Shown in pieces: positions 13,061 to 26,700 of a DNA stretch of 64,000 nt. This DNA comes from Seison nebaliae. Its lineage: Eukaryota. The DNA is taken from the NCBI GenBank assembly GCA_023231475.1, contig JALJEE010002631.1, positions 1-64,000 on the forward strand, given 5' to 3'. How positions within the stretch are numbered: the first letter of the stretch is position 1; every line of letters starts with the position of its first letter. A program made the position numbers and the translations under genes. The notes below the pieces were generated by a model. That model was given only the letters and a program-made list of their open reading frames with translations, was not told where the DNA came from and ran no database searches.

Positions 13061-13878
13061 TCAATCATTCTGTACTACACCGACTTGTGATGCACGGATG
13101 ACTCTCCCATTCAATTTAAAGCCTATCTTTTCCACTGACAATAGACTTCCCGATTTCTTATCCATCATCTTTATTTGGAAAGTCGCCTCATGTAAATTGG
13201 GATCGAATTCGTCACCAACTTCTGCGTCAATCGCTACTAGACCATGTCGGTTGAAGACTTTGTTTAATGAATTATTTGTCATCGAAAGTCCTTCAAATAA
13301 ATTTCTCAAATGTTTCACTCGATCTTCTTCACTTATATCTGAATTAGTCTCCATTGCATTGGAGGGAATTGTCTTTTAGAAATACAAATAATTCTCTAAT
13401 TGTTTTATATAATAATGAAATTGGAAACTTTAACGGCAATATTGAGAATATCAGAAACATCGACTAGATCTTTACAAAATTTTTGAATTGCAAAATCTTT
13501 TGTGTTTGTTATTTGTCTCTGGAGTCGTTGACGAACATTCTCCGTTTCGGCCAAACTTCTCATATATTTATCCTAAAACTTTCTTTAATAAAATTGAGGA
13601 AATCAATCAAAAACTTTCATAGTTGACACTTCTGCTTCTAAATTATCAACTTTTTCATTCAATTTAGCTATCAGCATTTCACTTTCACTTAAAGCATTTG
13701 GATCCTCTTCTGATTTTGTTGTATTGTTCGCTTTGCTTTCTTTCATTAACATATTGTTGTTGTAGTTTATCGATCTTCTCGCAAAATTCAAAGAACAATT
13801 TTCCAATTTTAGGTGAGATGGATGAAATATTTGGGTGCGACCACAAACTGATAGAACATATCGGAAATTGCGACTCAT
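13061..13878 (-). CDS. GRPEL: Mitochondrial GrpE nucleotide-exchange factor (3 exons)
   Basis: Spliced DKYMRSLAETENVRQRLQRQITNTKDFAIQKFCKDLVDVSDIL, LFEGLSMT, FDPNLHEA and GFKLNGRVIRASQVGV. Confidence 0.92.
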
Positions 13879-14987
13879 TTTATTTCTCGAATTGGAGTTT
13901 ATAAAAATATTTTGAATGACATTCAATTTTCGAGATTTATTATGTATCTTGTAATGTTATATTAGAATTGTAGAGTGAGTAGCTTCAAGTTTAAAAGAGA
14001 AATTTTTTAAAAATATTTTATGAATTTGGAGAAGTGTATGGAGGTTAAAGACACAATCTCATCATTGAGAGGTTGCGCATGTTGAGTGCTCAGATACTAA
14101 TTTCATTGTTCGTCATTTCTTGACTTTCATTTCTTAGGGATCATGTAATATCGATCAACATATTGAATGAATTAAAGAAGTTTAACCAACAAGAATTATC
14201 ATTCGCTTCTCGAATAGGTTTCGTTTTGAAACTATTCGCTTTATTTGAGGGAGGGTCTATGTTTAGTTAGATCGAATATATTAGAGAGTAAACCAAATGG
14301 AAGGGTGTTAAACAAGAAAATTCTTTGATATCTCGAACGAAATGAAGGAGTCCCAGCACATTTGTTTATTCATATCGAATTGTCTAATTCTGTTACCAAC
14401 ATATATAAGAATTACATACGAAATAATATGTTTATAAAGGAAATATAATGGAAGGAATTAGAAAAAGTTTTGTCCAGAATACAATTTTCCATTGAGAATG
14501 AAGCAGTTTATGGAAAGAAAATGAGTCAGCTTTTTTTCCTTTCATTTATAAGGAAACAATTTGTTCTTCATACAATTCTTGTACTTCATTTTCTTTCCTT
14601 CGTATTCATTATGGAATATATGTCTTTTTGCTGCTAAAGTCCGTTAAATGTCAATAAAGACGATTTGGTGTATGGGCGCCACAGGGTAAGGTGGACGAAG
14701 GACAGATTATTTTCTTCCATGTACAAATTGTTGTTGTATAGAGCCGACACACACTTATTCCTTCACATAATTGGTTTATTGTAGAACTTGTGTTAGGAAA
14801 TTAGTCTTTATTAGAGTTTCCCAAGTAAATCTACGAAGGAAATGTCCATGAATGGACTACCAGTATTTGTAGAGTGAACAATGTTATAATTCCTCTTGGT
14901 CATCTAACAATTATATCTACTATGTCCATTTACTATACTATCATTTAACTATGTCGAAAAATTTTCCGAGACTCTAACCTAATCTCA

Positions 14988-15545
14988 GATGCTGTTACTT
15001 TCCCCGAGTTAGTTTCACCCCGAAAAAAAAGAGAATTGAGCACAAAAATGAAAATTTAAGGGGGTTTATACTTATTGAAAATTATCGGTGTAAAATTTGT
15101 TGGAAAGAGAAATCTTTCCAATTAAATATTATTTCATCTTAAAAAATTAAACATTCGTTAAAAATTTAAGGAAGAAGTTCAGTTTTTTTTGATTTTTTTC
15201 AAAAAATTTAATTTCTATTTGTTGCTGTCAATTTTTTATTACTTATCCAAAGTTGATGAACACGGTATTATTAGATAGTCGCGTTCAAGTTCTATCTAAA
15301 AAATTTTTCAAGTTAAAATCTTATTTTTTTAATGGAAATTAAGGCATTTTCCAAATGTAACTTTTGTCTAATTACTTTCAATTTTTCTATATTTTATTAT
15401 ATCTATATTCATTGGAAAGAATTCTCTTTCCAACAAATCTTACATCGATAATTTTCAATAAGTATAAACCCTTTAAATTTTCATTTTTGTGCTCAATTCT
15501 CTTTTTCTTTGGGGTGAAACTAACTCGGGGGAAAGTAATAGCATC
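14988..15545. mobile_element. Non-autonomous Mutator-like MITE, 558 bp, ~75-bp TIRs, 9-bp TSD
   Basis: Left TIR GATGCTGTTACTTTCCCCGAGTTAGTTTCACCCC...GAGAATTGAGCACAAAAATGAAAATTTAA is mirrored at the right end. Flanks are CTAATCTCA (14979-14987) and CTAATCCCA (15546-15554), an 8/9 match. G-start TIRs with a 9-bp TSD are characteristic of MULEs. Confidence 0.85.
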
Positions 15546-16428
15546 CTAATCCCAATATGTTACATAATTGATCGATGTAACGCAAAGTGTGATTATAACA
15601 AGTAATTTCAATAATTGCTATTCATTTTTGCATTTATTGCTCCATTTCTCAACAATTTCTTGCACGAGCGAAATATTCTCCAAAGGATATCATTCAATCC
15701 AGATTTTTAATTGGTGAATTATTTGATAAAAACATTTCTTCGTTCGATAAGAGATTCGATAGATTATTTTACAATTTTGCGCCAAAATTTTTTCTTTATT
15801 TTCATTAACAATCGAAATTATTGAGAATTAATTCTATGTTGGGAAGAATTTCGAGAATAATATTAGTTCGATTATTTTAGAAATTTGTTCTCATGAAAAT
15901 AAAAGTAGAATTGGAGAATGAAAGATAAGAGGAATTAAATAGAAATCGGAAAACGTTTCATAGGTCAAATTATAAATGCTCGTTAAAGAAATACATTGAA
16001 CAATGAGCTTTATACTGCTCCATTGACGACAAAGTTTTTGTCCGTTATGCATCGAATGTATTCAAGTCCCTTTTTGATTTATTCTGATCGATCAAACAAA
16101 ATTTATCCATTCAATCGTTAATTCTTCAGATTGACATTACTTTTTATATGTGAGCAATGATGAATGGATATGAGTAAATGTGGATGATAGTGATTAATCA
16201 TCAAATTTTATCTTGATCTAACATGAATTGACATGTCACATTGTCGATGTGTAAATGATATGTAAGATTAGAGTTGGTCTAATAAAAATCTGTTTTACTG
16301 TTGTTGTTGCTGTTGTTGTTGAACTAATAAAATTTTCCATTCTTTTTTATTAGTAATTTTTGTTCAACATTTATTTTTTCTATTATTATTAACTTCAAAT
16401 ATTCTCATTCCTTCATCCCGACAAAGTA

Positions 16429-17889
16429 ATGGAAAATGAACCTTTCTTCTCAAAAACCGAATTGTTCTGGCTCGATACCGGCAACATTATTTCGCCATCA
16501 CGTCTCAAAAAAAATATTACGAGAACAGTAGAAGAAGAAGTTTAATTTTTATAAGAAATTTCAATGAGAAAATATTTTTTCAGGCATTCTCAGCATTAAA
16601 GGAATCATTATTCCAATGGATGATGAAAAACAATCCACGAGACGTTCAAGTTTTTTTTAATTTTAAACTCGAATTTTTCATTTATCCAAAGGAGGAACCG
16701 ATTATCGATTGTTCTCCTGATGTGCCACCAGAAGAAATGACAGACGAAGAAAGAAAAAAAAGGAAAATTTCTGTAAAAATATTTCTCACATCGTATGATA
16801 CGATGACTCTGGAACGTGCGATTGATTTAGGTTCGCTAGTAAAATTTCTTCTAACAATTCAAATTTTTTTATAGTTCTAAAAAAATTAAATATGAAATAT
16901 ATCGATAATTTTATTATAAGTTTACCGTCACCATTTGAATTGAATGAGGATACATTTCTGGAGGAAATCGATTTCCTTCCAACGAGTGAAAAAACGAAAT
17001 TAAATGGTTTCAACAAAAATACGAATAGTCAACCATGTCCAGGATTAGAGAATGTTCCGATGAATAGTGATCTGGAAGCTGACGGTTTAACAGTCGAACA
17101 ATTGCAACCGTTGTGGACGGTAATTGAACGATATATGACGAACGACAAAATACGAAATGGAGGAGTGTGTGATTTGTCATTGAAACTCTTATCAGATCTA
17201 TGTGAATCGCCGTTGACGAATATGATACCTAGTTCCAATAATCTTTCATTGCATTACTGTTGTAACATCGATCCGGATTTGGAGGAATATTGTAAAGAGA
17301 AAGATATTTTCATTTTTACTCATTCCGATCCTCGACAAATTATCAAAGAGAAATCATTGAGAAATTTATTAGAATTAACATTCGATCAAGTTCAGAAGAA
17401 ACGTTTCAGTGCAAATCTTTCAAAGAAACGATCAGATACTCATCAAATGAAAATTTTGGATGAGGAAGATGATGAAGAAGAAGACGAAGAAAGTGAAGAG
17501 AAAGAAGATTTCAATAAATCTACCACCCAAATAAGTTCTTCCATCTTAAAACTATTTATATTTAATTCTTCATTTTTTAAAAAGGTCAAAATGAGAAGAA
17601 ATCGGGAAAGAAGTTGAAGAAACCTGCTAAAATCGATTTTACAAAATTTACTAAATTCTCCTTCAAACCATTATTCGTTATTCGTTATTCATACATTTTG
17701 AAATGTCGTGGAATGATTGAGAAAAAAGGTTCCATTTTTCCATAAAATGTTTATAATTTTCATTTCTAATTCTTTTTTTTTTCAATTTGTAAAGGATATA
17801 TTATGGCCGCGAAACGATATTATCCAAAGAAAGAAACATCATCTCATCATGCGGCATGGGCAATGGACGAACCGATTGCAATTCATTGA
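16429..17889 (+). CDS. GCLM: Glutamate-cysteine ligase modifier subunit; multi-exon
   Basis: LDTGNII, ERKKRKISVKIFL, LQPLWTVIE..MTNDKIRNGGVCDL, LHYCCNIDPDLEEYCKEKDIFIFTHSDP and VIRYSYILKCRGMIEKK|GYIM match the GCLM pattern. Confidence 0.85.
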
Positions 17890-18112
17890 ATCTTTATTTT
17901 AAAAGTAGATGTTCCAAGAGGAATTAATAGGAAACTTTCCATTCATTCTTTTGTAAACACGTTATGGTTGATTGGGAGAAGCTTTCATGAAATCCATTAT
18001 TACTTATATCATTTACCAAATGATCTATTAATTTTTTTACTGATTGTTGTTGTATTAAAAAAAAGTTATTATAAAAATTGGCAATTTTTAATTTGATGAA
18101 AGCGAAAAAATA

Positions 18113-18191
18113 TCCTGTTGGCATTTGAACGTTTTCTTAACGTTTATATACATCAAAAAAATGTTCTCAAAACGTTCAAATGCTTACAGGG
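18113..18191. mobile_element. Tiny (79 bp) TA-flanked inverted-repeat element / hairpin
   Basis: TA|TCCTGTTGGCATTTGAACGTTTT...AAAACGTTCAAATGCTTACAGGG|TA, with a perfect 15-bp core inverted repeat. Confidence 0.6.
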
Positions 18192-18272
18192 TATATATAT
18201 AAAAGTAAAACGTTTGTAAAAGAATAACATGAGTAGATAATTGGAAAGAAATTGGATAAGTTTATGAAAAAT

Positions 18273-19856
18273 TTATGAATATTCCGATAAAATATTTTCG
18301 ACTTCTTGGTCTAATAAAGTTTTGTAAAATCGTTCCACTAAATCGAATGGAAGAATGACGAGAACTAATTCCGAATAAATTTTATTCATATTTATATTTT
18401 CGTTCTGTTGAACGAAAGTGACGACTCTCTCATTCAATTCTCGGATATACATCAATAAGAAAATATCATGATCCGATTCCTCTACTTGACTTGGTGTTAC
18501 AAACGAGTGAAGAATTGTCGTGTTCCCATAATCGAATTTCCTCCAATCAATCAACTGACTTATCAGTTCAAAATACTGAACATCTGGTTTCCATTCGAAA
18601 GAAGTGAAATCGGAACTTTCTTCGAAATTTTCATCATTATTAATTTCAATATCTTCTAACGTCTCATCGTTATTAATTTCAATTGTATTATTAGGTAATA
18701 TTGAATCAGTTCTAATATCTACTAAATTCTCATTGTTAATAATTTCAGTAACGTTATTTGTTAATTTCAAATTAGTTTCAGTTTCAGTTTCAGTTTCTTC
18801 TTCATTTTTCTCCTTTTCAATTGGTGAATTTAATTTATAATTATCTAATTCGATATTGATCGAATTCTCTTTGATTTCATTGTCTTCATTCACACTTTCT
18901 TTCAATTCAATTTCTTCATTCGAATTTCCATTTTGAACTTTCAATTCATCATCATTTTCATCGAACTTGTTCTCAATTATTTCTTCGTCCTTACTCGAAT
19001 CATCACTAATTTCACCTTCTTCCCGTTCATTAATTTCTTTAGTATTTGTCTTCTCTGAAATAATTGGAGATTTCTCTTCCGATGTTATTTTAAGTTCTTC
19101 TAATCTGGTAAAATTTGGTGGTTCAGGTGATGGTTCTCGAACTTTCTCTTTCTTTATTTGAATAATTTGTTTTTGAGATTCTTCCACATGTTCATCATGT
19201 ACAATCGTTTTTTCGATTTTAATTCGTTTAAAAACATTCTCTTCCTCTGTCAATTTTCTTTTCAATTCCTTCTCAATCTTTTTCGGTTTCATTTCAGTTT
19301 CTTTCTTACTCGTCTTTGATTCAATTTCATTTTTTAATAGTTTATCTTCTTCCTTTGTGATAGATTCAATGGGGATAATCTTTGAATTTGATTCATTATT
19401 TGTTTGTTTCGAATTTGATTCGTTTTCTTCCGCATCTTTCTGTAATTCCTTCTTTTCTTTTTTGACGATCATCAATTTCTTTCTTTCTTTTCTAGAGATC
19501 TTCAATTCCTTTTTTTCTTTTCTGGAGACCTTCAATTTTTCTTCAACTTTTTTCTTATCATTTGAAAAATCGATATTTTTCTTATCGAATTCCTCTTTTT
19601 CTTGAAGTTTTTCTTTTTTGATAGAAGTATTATTATTGTTGTTTGTTGGCTCTTTTCGTTCTACGAAAATTGAGATAAGTTATGGAGAGAAATTCAAACT
19701 TGATTCATAGATTCTCCAATACTCTAATTTTTGCTCAGCATTGACAAAATTTTTATTCTTCCATTTCACTTTCTTTACTCCACATTGAGTGAATTGAACG
19801 AGAAATTGCAATTCGCCATTTCCCAGAGTTTTATGATCGATAATCTTTTTAACCAT
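18273..19856 (-). CDS. Chromodomain-like N-terminus followed by long Lys/Glu-rich region and small C-terminal helical domain (2 coding exons)
   Basis: First exon MVKKIIDHKTLGNGELQFLVQFTQCGVKKVKWKNKNFVNAEQKLEYWR resembles the chromo pattern 'V.KI.D.R...G...YLVKW....TWE'. It joins ORF 18273-19535 via a GTT..AG intron at ~19661-19699. Confidence 0.6.
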
Positions 19857-20719
19857 TTCACATCATACTAATAAATTTCAATGAGTGATAAATCTGAAAG
19901 AGAAAGAGATTGAATATCGAAGAACCAACATAAATCTAAAAAGGATACTCAAGTTCTTACTTCAGTATAATTAGTATATTTATAAATACGAAAACAAGAA
20001 GAAAATTGAAAGATACTGCTTAAGTTTTATTCATATTTCTTTCTTAAAAACCATTTAATCCATTAATTATATACATAATTATAAAAAATTTTTCTATTAC
20101 ATAAACATCAAGAAGATATTTAATATATTTTTGAAGCTTGAGAATTGAGATGGGAAATTTATAGAACTTTATCGATTTTAATGACAAATTTCCTTCAATG
20201 TTTAACAGGCTTTCTAACAAGTGATGATATTGTTTTTATATAATATATATCTATTAAAGAACATTAATATAAATCTTTTCATTTCAATGACAATTTATAA
20301 AATAAACATTATTTTTGAGTTTTTAAGAGGATCAAATTAAAACTATTACTCTTGAACGAAACTGATATTTTAAAAACCACTACTATTATGCATCTAAATT
20401 GTGTTACGTATGTCATACTTTAATACTTCTCTTAACAATTTGTTTATTTGGATAAGAGCTTAATGGAAATTAGCTTAAGTTGTTGAAGCTTTGAAGGGAA
20501 TAAATTAAGAAAAACAACACAAGAGTATATAAAATGTGATATAACATAAAACTTTGAAAATTATGTAAGCATTGTTATACGTTGTTGCTTGGTAACTGGG
20601 CAAGGACTATTTCTGAAATTTCATCAATATTTCCGTCAAAAAAATATAATTTACACTTTTCGTTATATAAATTTCGATATTTCTACTCATTCTTCAATTT
20701 TTTGTTTTAATTTTTTCAA

Positions 20720-23700
20720 ATGGCACGAACGAAACAAACGTTACATTTCTTATGAATTCAACTAAATTATAATATATAATTAGAGCACGGAAGGGGAAGA
20801 AAGGGGCTGGAGTAATTATCAAACAACAAAAAGAACCGGACGATGAAGATAATTCTGATGAAAGCGAACCAATTGAAAAAAAACAACATGAAGTTTATTT
20901 CAATTTACCTACAAACGTTCAGGAAAGTGACGCAATAATAAAAAAATTTATTGTTACTTCAAATTATTGTAATTAAATTATAAAACCTGTTTCATGGAAG
21001 AAAACTATCGACGACGATTGGAGTAATTATGGTGAGTCAGCAACGAAATTCCATTTCCATGACGTAAAAATTCTGAATGATTATCTCCTTTATTGGATCC
21101 ATGATGAGACGAAAAAGAGAACGAATATTTTTCCCAAACTGAAATACCTCTGTGTTCCTAGTCAGGCTTACATAACTCATTACGCATATAACATTTGTGG
21201 TATTGTTGTTGATAACTCGCATAAATTAGTTAAAATTTTTTTAATAACAATTATCAATTGTTGTCTCACTAAATAATGTTAGAGTTTGGAACGATTCCAT
21301 CAAATCTCCATTTCTCATCATGATACTAAATTGAAACATTCGAGTGATTCGACAGCGTTCGCCGTTGAAATTCATCAAACGGAATACGGTCAGAAATCTT
21401 TGTGTAATATTTTGATGAAAATGAATATTGCCAGTTTTCTTATTATTTCTCTATTGGTTATAATTTAAATGTTATCAGTTCAGTCAAATATCAAATCGAA
21501 CGAGATGTTCTATTCATATGATTTAGATTATAAGTTTACACTCAATTTCTCCAATCTTCCCAACAAACATCAATTGTCGAGAAAACAAACAATCGATTTA
21601 GTTTGGTTGGATTGTGAGAAAGATAATTGTCGAGATAAATTGAAAGAACTTCTCGTTGAATTATATTCGATCAAAGTTTTAAAATTGTCAATTTTGAATA
21701 TTCAAAACACTAAAAATATTTAGGGTACTGAAGGGATCATTTTTTATGACGTTAATAAAACATTGTTGACCGATGAACAATTCAAAGAGATTTTAACGAG
21801 TATTGTCAAAGAACATCAGTCAGAAATGGAAAAGAATTTACGAACAAAATATCCGCCGGACAAGTTCCTTTCATTTCATAGTTCCCACAATAATTACGTC
21901 ATCTTAACAGAACATTTACATTAATGGAACAATTATCAGCTTCTCATCTTGTCCAACGATTGATGTTTTGTGGAGAGTTCTTGAACAAATTTCAATCTCA
22001 GAAATGTCTCTTGACAACTAAAGAAGTTTTTCTTCAAATTTCCAATTATTAAAAATTCTCATTTCTTCATCAGAATGTGAAAGAAAAGTTTATGGAATTA
22101 TGTAAAACGATGGACGATAAGATGTATCATTTGAAAAGTGAATTTAATTTATATAAATCAATTTACACATTCGATGAATTGTTGCAAGAATTATATTTCA
22201 GTTATATCTTTCCGTATAATTATTATTCAATTTGAATTTGTCTTATAGAAAGAGTGGAAGAATCTTTAGTTAATTGTAGATTATTAATCTTTCGTTTATG
22301 TGAGATGGTTAGATTCATTCATATCTTTTATAAGAAAAAATTTTCGCATATTTCTAATTTGTAAACATTTCAGGGTGTTTGGCATTACATTAAAGAACCA
22401 TTTAGTCGATCAACACTCAATTTCGATTCACCAGATGCATTGAAATGTCAGAAATTTTCAAATGATTTAGTAATCGTACAAAAAGCCAAGTTCATGATGT
22501 TAATTGAACGGATTAAAGATCTAAAGATAATGGACTGTAATTGGAAGAATGTTTATGGAATCATTTCAAATTTCAAAACCTTCCAAGATGGTGGTGTTAA
22601 CGAAGTTGTTAGATAATTATTTTCTTACGATTTCATTGAGAAATTGTTTGTTAGGGATTGTGGAGTGAATGTTTATTGCGATTAAATATCGTCTCACCAA
22701 CTCCGAGAAAATTAGTGGAATATGTTGAAATTAATGATAAGATTCTCTCGTCGGTGGTTGAAGAAGTATCGGAAAAAAATGATGATTCGGCATTCAATTC
22801 ATTTTATTTACCGAAATCGAAAAAATTTATATTTTCTCCCGTCAATCAAGAAATTGTTAATGATTTATAGCATTTTCAATTTTAACATCGATTTAAATTT
22901 TAATATGGATTTAGGTTGATTATTATATGGGAATAAAAGAAGAAAAATCGTCGAAGAAGATAAGTGGAACGCCAATTTTTTTGGAATACAAACGTGTTTG
23001 GTATCTAACTTTAGCATTGACGAAATTATGGAAAGAAATTACGAATATATTTGTCTTTTCCGCAAATGGTTCACTATTCACAGAGTATTCTTATACGAAT
23101 AATTTTTTATTGTTTTCAGGATTAATTTCTAAAGGTGAAGATTCTGATGAGAAAAGTATTACTAATGTCGAAATAATATATTTGTGTTCTACACACCTCA
23201 TATTTCGAATTGGTTGTATCGATTTCGGTTTGCAAATCAAATGGGATGTCGGCGACATAAAATCATCGATCATTCATTCAGGTTTTACTCATTTCTGATT
23301 AGTAGAAGATTATCTTTGTTCGAAAGATGAACTAATCTTAACATGTCGGACGTTGAATCCGAATCGAACAATGCAAAACTCCGATACTCTTGATGCCAAT
23401 TTCTTACAATATTTCAGTTCAGTTATCGGTGAAATTACGACAATCATTTCGGCACTTTTAAAGGATATGGAATTGGAGGAATATTATAAGGAATTTGGAG
23501 CCGATATAAAATTTAATAACAGTTTCATTATTTAGTCTTTTCGTTTCTAAATTAGTTTTAGGTATTCCATTTCTCACTCATCAGTTTAAGAAGGACATTT
23601 GTCAGAAATGTGGTATCAATTCAGTTTATCATCGAATTTATTTCGTTAGATGATTTATCCAAATTGTTTCTGTTAATAATATCCAATTTTTGAAGAAAAG

Positions 23701-26700
23701 TTATTTGAAAATTAATTTACCACTAAGATTTACTGATGAATGGATTGTACGTGGACATGTTGTGGCATTACCAGCAAGAGTTAATTCCAAACTAATAACA
23801 CATGGTTCCTTCTGTTTTCTAGTTTCCCTTGTTAACATTTTATTGATTAGAGCAGAACAAAAACACTCAGATGAGAATAAGTGATGCATCAAATGTCATG
23901 GATATTTATAAACCGAATGCATTCAGTGTGAACGAACCATGTTCACTTCATGTTCGTCTAAATAATTATGAATTACGATTTGTCATCGGGATACAAATTG
24001 AGAATTTGAAAGTTTCCTATTCGTCGACTATCAAAATCATCAAGATTCGCATTTTCTTCAATCAAACTAATAACAATATAATCATTGTACCAATAGTTGA
24101 TAAGGATGAACAAGAAGGCACAATAATTGCTTCGAATATCGACCTAAGTTCGTATGTGAGTTATCCTGCGGAGAATGAAACTCAACCGAAGAAACCAGTA
24201 ACTAAAAAGGAAGGAGGAATTGCAAACGAACTAGAGGTTGTTCGTAAAAGTGTGGGTACGGAGAGAGCGAAATTACTCGAAGAATTACAAGCAACACGAA
24301 TGAGTCAACTTTCATCGGTAAAATATACGAAAAATAAACAACCTAACAATAAGACGGCAAGTTTACCTCAAAAATTTGAAGAAGAAAAGGTACTTAAACG
24401 GAGAGTTAAGGCAAAAACTTTGAATACAAAAATGAATGAAGTTGAACCACCGTCATATCCGACAGAAAATAACCAATTGCAAAAACTAAATATGTTTAAA
24501 ATCGATGAAACACAACAACAAAAACAACAACAAAATAATTTTTCTTTTACAAAAAATAAAAGTTTTCAGCCAATACAACAAGAGCAAATGGATGAAGAAT
24601 CATATTTAAGTGAAGATGAATTAGATAGTGATGAATTAGATTGTAATGTGCGTGAGCCACATTGGAAAATTATAAAATCACCCGCAGCGAAAACTTCAAC
24701 GAATCTACGAGATGGTAACATGTTTATGTGTTCTCTTTTGCAAGTGCCAGATGAAAAGACAAAAGTTCAATATTCTCTTTAACAATTATATCCTAAAATT
24801 GTCCTTTTAGTTGTTTCGACCAGCCTCCATTTATTCATATGTCGGTTTTTATTTGAATAATATGCCACTCGGTTTTTTCAATTTGATGGAATTGGATTCG
24901 ATCGTAAATAAACTGAACATCGGAACTACTCAACAAAAAATGAAAATAGAAAAAAAGGATTTGGAAGAACAATTACCATCTTTGTCGATAACACCTTTCC
25001 TAATATCGTCCACGAAAAACAAAAGCGATTTCTGTATATTTAGTAGAAATACTGAGATAAATTTGATTTCTCGTGAAGCGAAAGTTCGATCTAACTTCAT
25101 CTAACTCATTTTTACGTTTTTATCATAATCGGACTTCAGGAAATAAAGAATGGAATGTTGTTGGAAGCTGTGGATCGATTGAATGTACATTTATTGTGTG
25201 TGGCGACAATTATAAATGTTGAAAGAACAATTTATGGAGTGAAAGTAAGAATTCATTTTGATGGTTAAAATATAATTATTCGGTTTTAATGATAAACTTG
25301 ATTGTAAATAATAAAAATCAATTAGGATGGACGGATAGATTTGATTATGAAACGAATATCGATAATTTAGATTTACGACCATGTGGATATCATAAAAATG
25401 CAGAGAACTCCCAACATAGAAATCTGCAGTCACCAAAAGGATATACGGGACGAGAGTTCACTTGGTCGAATTATTTTACAGAAGAGAATCGACAACCAAT
25501 TCCATTTCATATATTCACAAAAGTTAACATAAATTTGAATTATTTAATATGAATATAATATTATAGGAACAAAAAGGATGGATGAAAGTTGAAGATGTCC
25601 CGTCAGAATCCTTTTCGAAAATTCGACTTGATATATTACACCAATGTGAAAATGCTGAACTGAATAGTCGCGTCATTTGGAATCAAATGGTCAAATTATC
25701 ATGTTTAGATGTTGAACGAATATTCTCATCAATGCAAATGAATACGGGTGTCAGAACACTGATGTTGTTACCGAAAAATTTAAATTATGATCAGTTGTTT
25801 ATAGCGAATCAACATGTTTCCATTAGTCAGATGGAGAATCTTCATATGAATTATGGTAACGCATCGCCTCCATGTCTCTTAGATTATCCATCGTTCTCTG
25901 TTGATTTAATGTCTCTTAATGCGATGGATAGATTTGCAATAACCATCTCCCATTTATATCTCATATCATCGAAAGTTCTTTTATCTTCTTTTATCGTTTC
26001 TTCATTGCTTTCAAATAGAATGAAGATATTTTATGTTCCGGATTATGGCATCGGTTAAAATCCTCTTCATTATTCAACTTCATATCTGAAGATTATAACG
26101 AAGTAACTTCTAGTGGAATAATGAAGAAAATCTTGTCGAATGGTTTGAGAAAGATTTTGATTCAAATTGCTCTTCATCTCTCAATCGGAAATATTTCTGA
26201 TACTGATCAAATTATTAACAAATTCATAAACATTTCATTACCTTGGACTGTTTGGAGTAATGTAGAATATTTAACCAATACAACAGATTCATCAATTTCA
26301 GTCTCTCGAGGACTGTTACAAAACAATTTTGAGAAAGAATCCAACAAAGTTTCTAATTCTTTCTCATTGGGTACAAATCTCAAATTTCTTTTCTATTCAG
26401 ATTCTAGAAAATGTTCAACAATTCCATGAAAAGGTAAAGAAACATTCCACCAGTTCCTCGTTCAATAATTATTTTCTTGGAAATGAGGGAATTAATTTGG
26501 AATCGAAAGAATTCCTCCGAAATTTCACTGAAAATTATCTCGAGAAATTAACGACAAGTATAGAAGTGTTAAGTAAGTTCGATGAGAATGGAAGATGTTA
26601 CTTTCAAAATGAGATTAATGGAACGAATTCGATAGTCTCATCGATAGTCGACTGTCTTAATAGTCGAAATATTATTACTAAAATTAGATTCACCAATTCA

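Noticed and set aside
20720..21000. A histone H3 or CENP-A gene
   Set aside because: Identity stops after ARTKQTARK. No KSTGGKAPR or histone-fold sequence follows, and the frame continues into unrelated exons.
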